Assembly: GCA_963745575.1 (NCBI GenBank)
Contig: CAVUYA010000030.1
Location: 27,913 to 91,912 of the forward strand
DNA length: 64,000 nt
Direction: 5' to 3'
Origin: an uncultured Actinomycetota bacterium
Lineage (GTDB): Bacteria; Actinomycetota; Actinomycetes; Streptosporangiales; Streptosporangiaceae
In this document: in pieces, positions 59,847 through 64,000 of the stretch
How the letters are laid out: each line of letters opens with the position of its first letter
How positions within the stretch are numbered: the stretch's first letter is position 1
Notes under the pieces: model-generated
The model's input: only the letters and a program-made list of their open reading frames with translations
Databases searched by the model: none
What the model was told of the DNA's origin: nothing
Translations under genes and position numbers: made by a program

Positions 59847-60524
59847 GTGCTCATCGTCGAGGACGAGCCCGCACTGCTGCGCGCGCTGCGGATCAACCTG
59901 CGCGCCCGCGGGTACGACGTGGCGACCGCGTCCACGGGGCGCGAGGCGCTCGCCGAGGCCAGGCGACACCCGCCCGACGGGGTCCTGCTTGACCTCGGTC
60001 TCCCCGACACCGACGGCGGCGAGGTGATCCGCGAGCTGCGCGGCTGGTCCAGGGCACCGGTCATCGTCCTGTCCGGGCGGGCCGGCTCCGGCGACAAGAT
60101 CGGCGCGCTGGACGCGGGCGCCGACGACTACGTCACCAAGCCGTTCGACATGGAGGAACTGCTCGCCCGGCTGCGGGCCGCCCTGCGCCGCGGCGACCAG
60201 GCCCCGCACGACACCAGGTTCCGCATCGGCCGGCACGAGATCGACATCGGCGCGCACACGATCGTGGGAGACGGGCCGGCCAGCCCGGAGCCGCTGCATC
60301 TCACGCCCACCGAGTGGCGGCTGCTGGAGATCCTGCTGGGCGCCCCCGGGCAGCTGGTCAGCTCCGATCGCCTGCTCGGCGAGGTCTGGGGACCGGGGTT
60401 CGAGCGCAGCACCCACTATCTCCGGTTCCACATGGCCGGGCTGCGCCGCAAGCTGGAGGACGATCCGCACCGCCCGCGCCACCTGCTCACCGAGCCCGGC
60501 ATGGGCTACCGCTACCAGCCCTGA
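59847..60524 (+). CDS. OmpR-family response regulator, KdpE-like paralog located upstream of kdpD
   Basis: VLIVEDEPALLRALRINLRARGYDV...DDYVTKPFDMEELLARL...LTPTEWRLLEILL...EPGMGYRY. About 55-60 percent identical by eye to the regulator at 63292. Confidence 0.85.
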   Translation: MLIVEDEPALLRALRINLRARGYDVATASTGREALAEARRHPPDGVLLDLGLPDTDGGEVIRELRGWSRAPVIVLSGRAGSGDKIGALDAGADDYVTKPFDMEELLARLRAALRRGDQAPHDTRFRIGRHEIDIGAHTIVGDGPASPEPLHLTPTEWRLLEILLGAPGQLVSSDRLLGEVWGPGFERSTHYLRFHMAGLRRKLEDDPHRPRHLLTEPGMGYRYQP

Positions 60525-60590
60525 GCCGCACCGCTTATTCTCGGCAGAGAAGCTGGCATCCCAGGTAAACAGGGACCGGACAGAAGAGCG

Positions 60591-63221
60591 ATGAGCGAAA
60601 CAGATCACGCGAGGTACCCCGACCGGCCCGGCCCCCAGGGCCGCGGTCAGCTCAGGATCTACCTCGGCTCGGCCGCCGGGGTGGGCAAGACCTACGCCAT
60701 GCTCTGCGAGGGCCACCGGCGCGCCGAGCGCGGCACGGACGTGGTCGCGGCGTTCATCGAAACCCACGGCCGGCCGCACACCGCGGCCCTGGTCGAGGGC
60801 CTGGAGACCGTACCCCGCCAGCGGCTGCCCTACCGGGGCACGTCCTTCGAGGAGATGGATCTCGACGCGCTGCTGGCCCGGCGGCCCGAGGTGGCGCTGG
60901 TGGACGAGTTCGCCCACACCAACGTGCCCGGCTCGCGCCACGAGAAGCGCTGGCAGGACGTGGAGGAGATGCTCGAGGCCGGCATCGACGTCATCTCCAA
61001 CGTCAACATCCAGCACCTGGAGTCGCTGAACGACGTGGTCGAGAAGATCACCGGCGTGCCGCAGCGGGAGACCGTCCCCGACGCGATCGTCCGCGCGGCC
61101 GACCAGGTCGAGCTCGTCGACCAGACTCCGGAGGCGCTGCGCCGCCGGATGGCCCACGGCAACATCTACCCGGCCGAGAAGATCGACGCGGCGCTGACGC
61201 ACTACTTCCGGGCCGGGAACCTGGCCGCGCTGCGCGAGCTCGCCCTGCTCTGGCTGGCCGACAAGGTCGACGAGGGCCTGCAGCGGTACCGCGCGGCGCA
61301 CGACATCCACGGCACCTGGGAGGCACGGGAGCGGGTGGTGGTCGCGCTCACCGGGGGGCCCGAGGGGGACACGCTGATCCGGCGCGCCGCCCGGATCGCC
61401 GCGCGCTCGGCGGGCGGCGACCTGCTGGCGGTGCACGTCACCAAGTCGGACGGCCTGACCGGCGCGAACCCGGCCGCCCTGGCCGCGCAGCGCCGGCTGG
61501 TCGAGTCCCTGGGCGGCAGCTACCACCAGGTCGTCGGCGACAACGTGCCCGAGGCTCTGCTCACCTTCGCCCGGGCCGAGAACGCGACTCAGCTCGTGCT
61601 CGGCGTGAGCCGCCGCAACTGGCTGTCGGCGCTGCTGACCGGGCCCGGCGTCAGCAACCGCACGATCCGGGGGTCCGGCGACATCGACGTGCACATCGTG
61701 ACGCACGGGCAGATGGGCCGCGGCCGGGGGCTGCCCCGGGCGCGCGGCGGGCTTCCGCTGCGGCGCCGACTGGCGGGCTACGCCCTGGCGGTCGTGCTCG
61801 CGCCGCTGCTCACCCTGTGCCTGGCCCCGTTCCGCAACGCATCAACCTGACCAGTGACGTCCTGTTCTTCCTGGTCGCGGTCATCGCGGTCGCGCTGGTC
61901 GGCGGGTTCGTCCCGGCCGTCCTGGAGGCGATCGCGGGCTCGCTGCTGCTCAACTACTACTTCACCCCGCCGATCCACCAGTTCACGATCGCCGAGGCCA
62001 ACAACGCGCTGGCGCTCGGCATCTTCGTGATCGTGGGGCTCGTGGTCAGCTCGGTGGTGGACGGCGCGGCGCGGCGCAGCAAACAGGCGGCCCGCGCCAG
62101 CGCCGAATCCGAGCTGCTGGTCACCGCCGCCGGCAGCGTGCTGCGCGGCCAGCAGGCGCTGACCGCCGTGCTGGACCGGGTGCGGGAGGCGTTCGGGATG
62201 GAGTCGGTGACGCTGCTGGAGCGCGCGTCCGGCCCGGCCGGCGCGCCGCGCGGTCCGGTCACCGGCTGGGTGCCGGTCGCGACCTCGGGCGGGCCGGAGC
62301 TGACCCGGCCCGAGGACGCTGACGTGGACGTACCGGTCACCGACAGCCTCACCCTCGGGCTGCGCGGCCGCGCCCTGCCCGCCAGCGACCGCCGGGTCCT
62401 CGGCGCGTTCGCCGCCTACGCCGCCGCCGCGCTGGAGCAGCAGCGGCTCGCCGCGGAAGCCGAGGCGGCCCGGCCCATCGCCGAGGCCGACCGGATGCGG
62501 ACCGCGCTGCTCGCGGCGGTCAGCCATGACCTGCGCACGCCGCTCGCGTCGGCCAAGGCCGCCGTGACCAGCCTGCGCTCGCGCGACGTCCGGTGGAACA
62601 CCGAAGACCGGGACGAACTGCTCGCCACCGCCGACGAGTCCCTGGACCGGCTCGCGCGCCTGGTGGACAACCTGCTGGACATGAGCAGGCTGCAGGCCGG
62701 CGCGCTGTCGGTGTTCCCCCGGCCGGCCGACCTGGAGGAGGTCGTCTCCCGGTCGCTGGACGACCTCGGGCCCGCGGCCCGGGAGGTCATCGTGGACATG
62801 CCCGCCACGCTGCCCGAGGTCCAGGTCGACCCGGCGATCCTGGAACGGGTCATCGCCAACGTGACCGCCAACGCGCTGCGGTACTCACCCGAAGGGTCGC
62901 CGCCGCGGCTGACGGCGAGCGCGCATGGCCGACCGGGTGGAACTGCGCATCGTGGACCGCGGGCCCGGGATTCCCGAGACCGACCGGGACCGGATCTTCG
63001 TGCCCTTCCAGCGGCTCGGCGACACCGACAACACCACGGGCGTGGGGCTGGGGCTCGCGCTGTCCCGCGGCCTGACCGAGGCGATGGGCGGCACCCTGGA
63101 CCCGGAGGACACCCCGGGGGGCGGGCTGACCATGGCGATCTCGCTGCCCGCGGCGCCCGCTCCCGAGCGCGGGCAGGCGCCGTCGGCGGTAGCGGCCGCG
63201 AGTACGCCCGAAGGCGGGTAA
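60591..63221 (+). pseudogene. kdpD: Sensor kinase KdpD (two frame changes as assembled)
   Basis: N-terminal KdpD domain (LRIYLGSAAGVGKTYAML, IDVISNVNIQHLESLND), Usp domain, TM region (INLTSDVLFFLVAVIAVALVGG), H-box AVSHDLRTPL, HATPase DRGPGIP...GVGLGLALSRG. Switches near 61835 and 62920. Confidence 0.85.
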
Positions 63222-63291
63222 CCCGCGTATTCCGGGGTATGCCCGTTCATCCCGGGTGTGCCAGGCCGGGAAACCGTGACACGGTAATCGG

Positions 63292-64000
63292 GTGAAGACC
63301 ATCCTCGTCGTCGACGACGAGCCCCAGATACTGCGCGCGCTCCAGATCAACCTGCGGGTACGCGAGTACGAGGTCTACACCGCCGCCACCGGGGCCGAGG
63401 CCCTGCAGCAGGCCTCGCGGCACCCTCCCGACCTGGTCATCCTGGATCTCGGCCTGCCCGACCTGGACGGCGTCGAGGTGATCGAGGGGCTGCGCGGGTG
63501 GACGTCCGCGCCCATCATCGTGCTGTCCGGCCGGGCCGACAGCACGGACAAGGTGCAGGCCCTCGACGCCGGCGCCGACGACTACGTGACCAAGCCGTTC
63601 GGGATGGAGGAGCTGCTGGCCCGGATGCGCGCGGTCGGGCGGCGCGCCATCGGCGACGGGGACGAGCCGCAGTACCGGATCGGGGACCTGGTCGTCGACC
63701 TCGCCGCCCGCCGGGTCATCCCGCCGGACGGCGGCCGACATCCGGCTGACCCCCACCGAGTGGCACCTGCTCGAGGTGCTGCTGCGCCATCCGGGAAAGC
63801 TGCTCGGCCGGCAGTACCTGCTCCGGGAGGTGTGGGGCCCGGGCTACGCCGACGCGGCCGGCAACCTCAGGCTCTACATGGCCCAGCTGCGCCGGAAGCT
63901 GGAGCCTGACCCGTCCCGGCCGCGCTGGCTGCTCACCGAGCCGGGCATGGGGTACCGCTTCCAGCCCGACCCGGACCTCCCGCTGCCGGACGCCGTCAGC
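63292..64000 (+). pseudogene. kdpE: Response regulator KdpE (one frame change as assembled; 3' end beyond window)
   Basis: MKTILVVDDEPQILRALQINLRVREYEV...DDYVTKPFGMEELLARM, then from about 63737 in another frame DIRLTPTEWHLLEVLLRHPGKLL...EPGMGYRFQP, running to the window end. Confidence 0.8.

Overview
Very high-GC, actinomycete-type chromosomal segment. The ORF track contains many long shadow ORFs on both strands.

- Left third (1-14.7 kb): a complete minus-strand aa3-type heme-copper oxidase operon (CoxII-like cupredoxin, ctaC, ctaD, ctaE, CtaG-like, small membrane protein, ctaB). It faces a plus-strand OmpR-type two-component system followed by copper/thiol maturation genes (TlpA-like, polytopic-membrane/SCO1 fusion, Asp-box lipoprotein, second CtaG).
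- Middle (14.7-34.2 kb): methyltransferase, a stand-alone TnpB (IS200/IS605-type) element abutting two CDF transporters, an MFS transporter, a YdbS/YdbT PH-domain pair, an HtrA-like protease with low-complexity repeats, dapE, arcA, LysR, an aminotransferase, a NarL-type two-component system, an SGNH hydrolase, and an Hg-MerR-like regulator with a mer-type operator.
- 34.4-45.7 kb: a DUF222/HNH (REP13E12-type) gene is split by an element of about 8.9 kb carrying a large serine recombinase. attL, attR and an in-frame attB can be reconstructed to the base. The cargo looks like a capsid-less phiRv1-like or phage-satellite-like element. This is my best candidate for an undescribed system.
- Right third: tsaA, an IS630 element (TIRs, TA duplication, -1 frameshift site), a DHA2 MFS exporter, tandem repeats, a beta-propeller protein with an in-frame TGA, a corA remnant, a phosphoesterase, a HAD hydrolase, and a kdpFABC-RR-kdpD-kdpE locus.

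About 22 apparent frameshifts plus three in-frame stops occur, concentrated at 52-64 kb. This is either an indel-rich assembly or genuine decay. Genes affected are typed pseudogene 'as assembled'.
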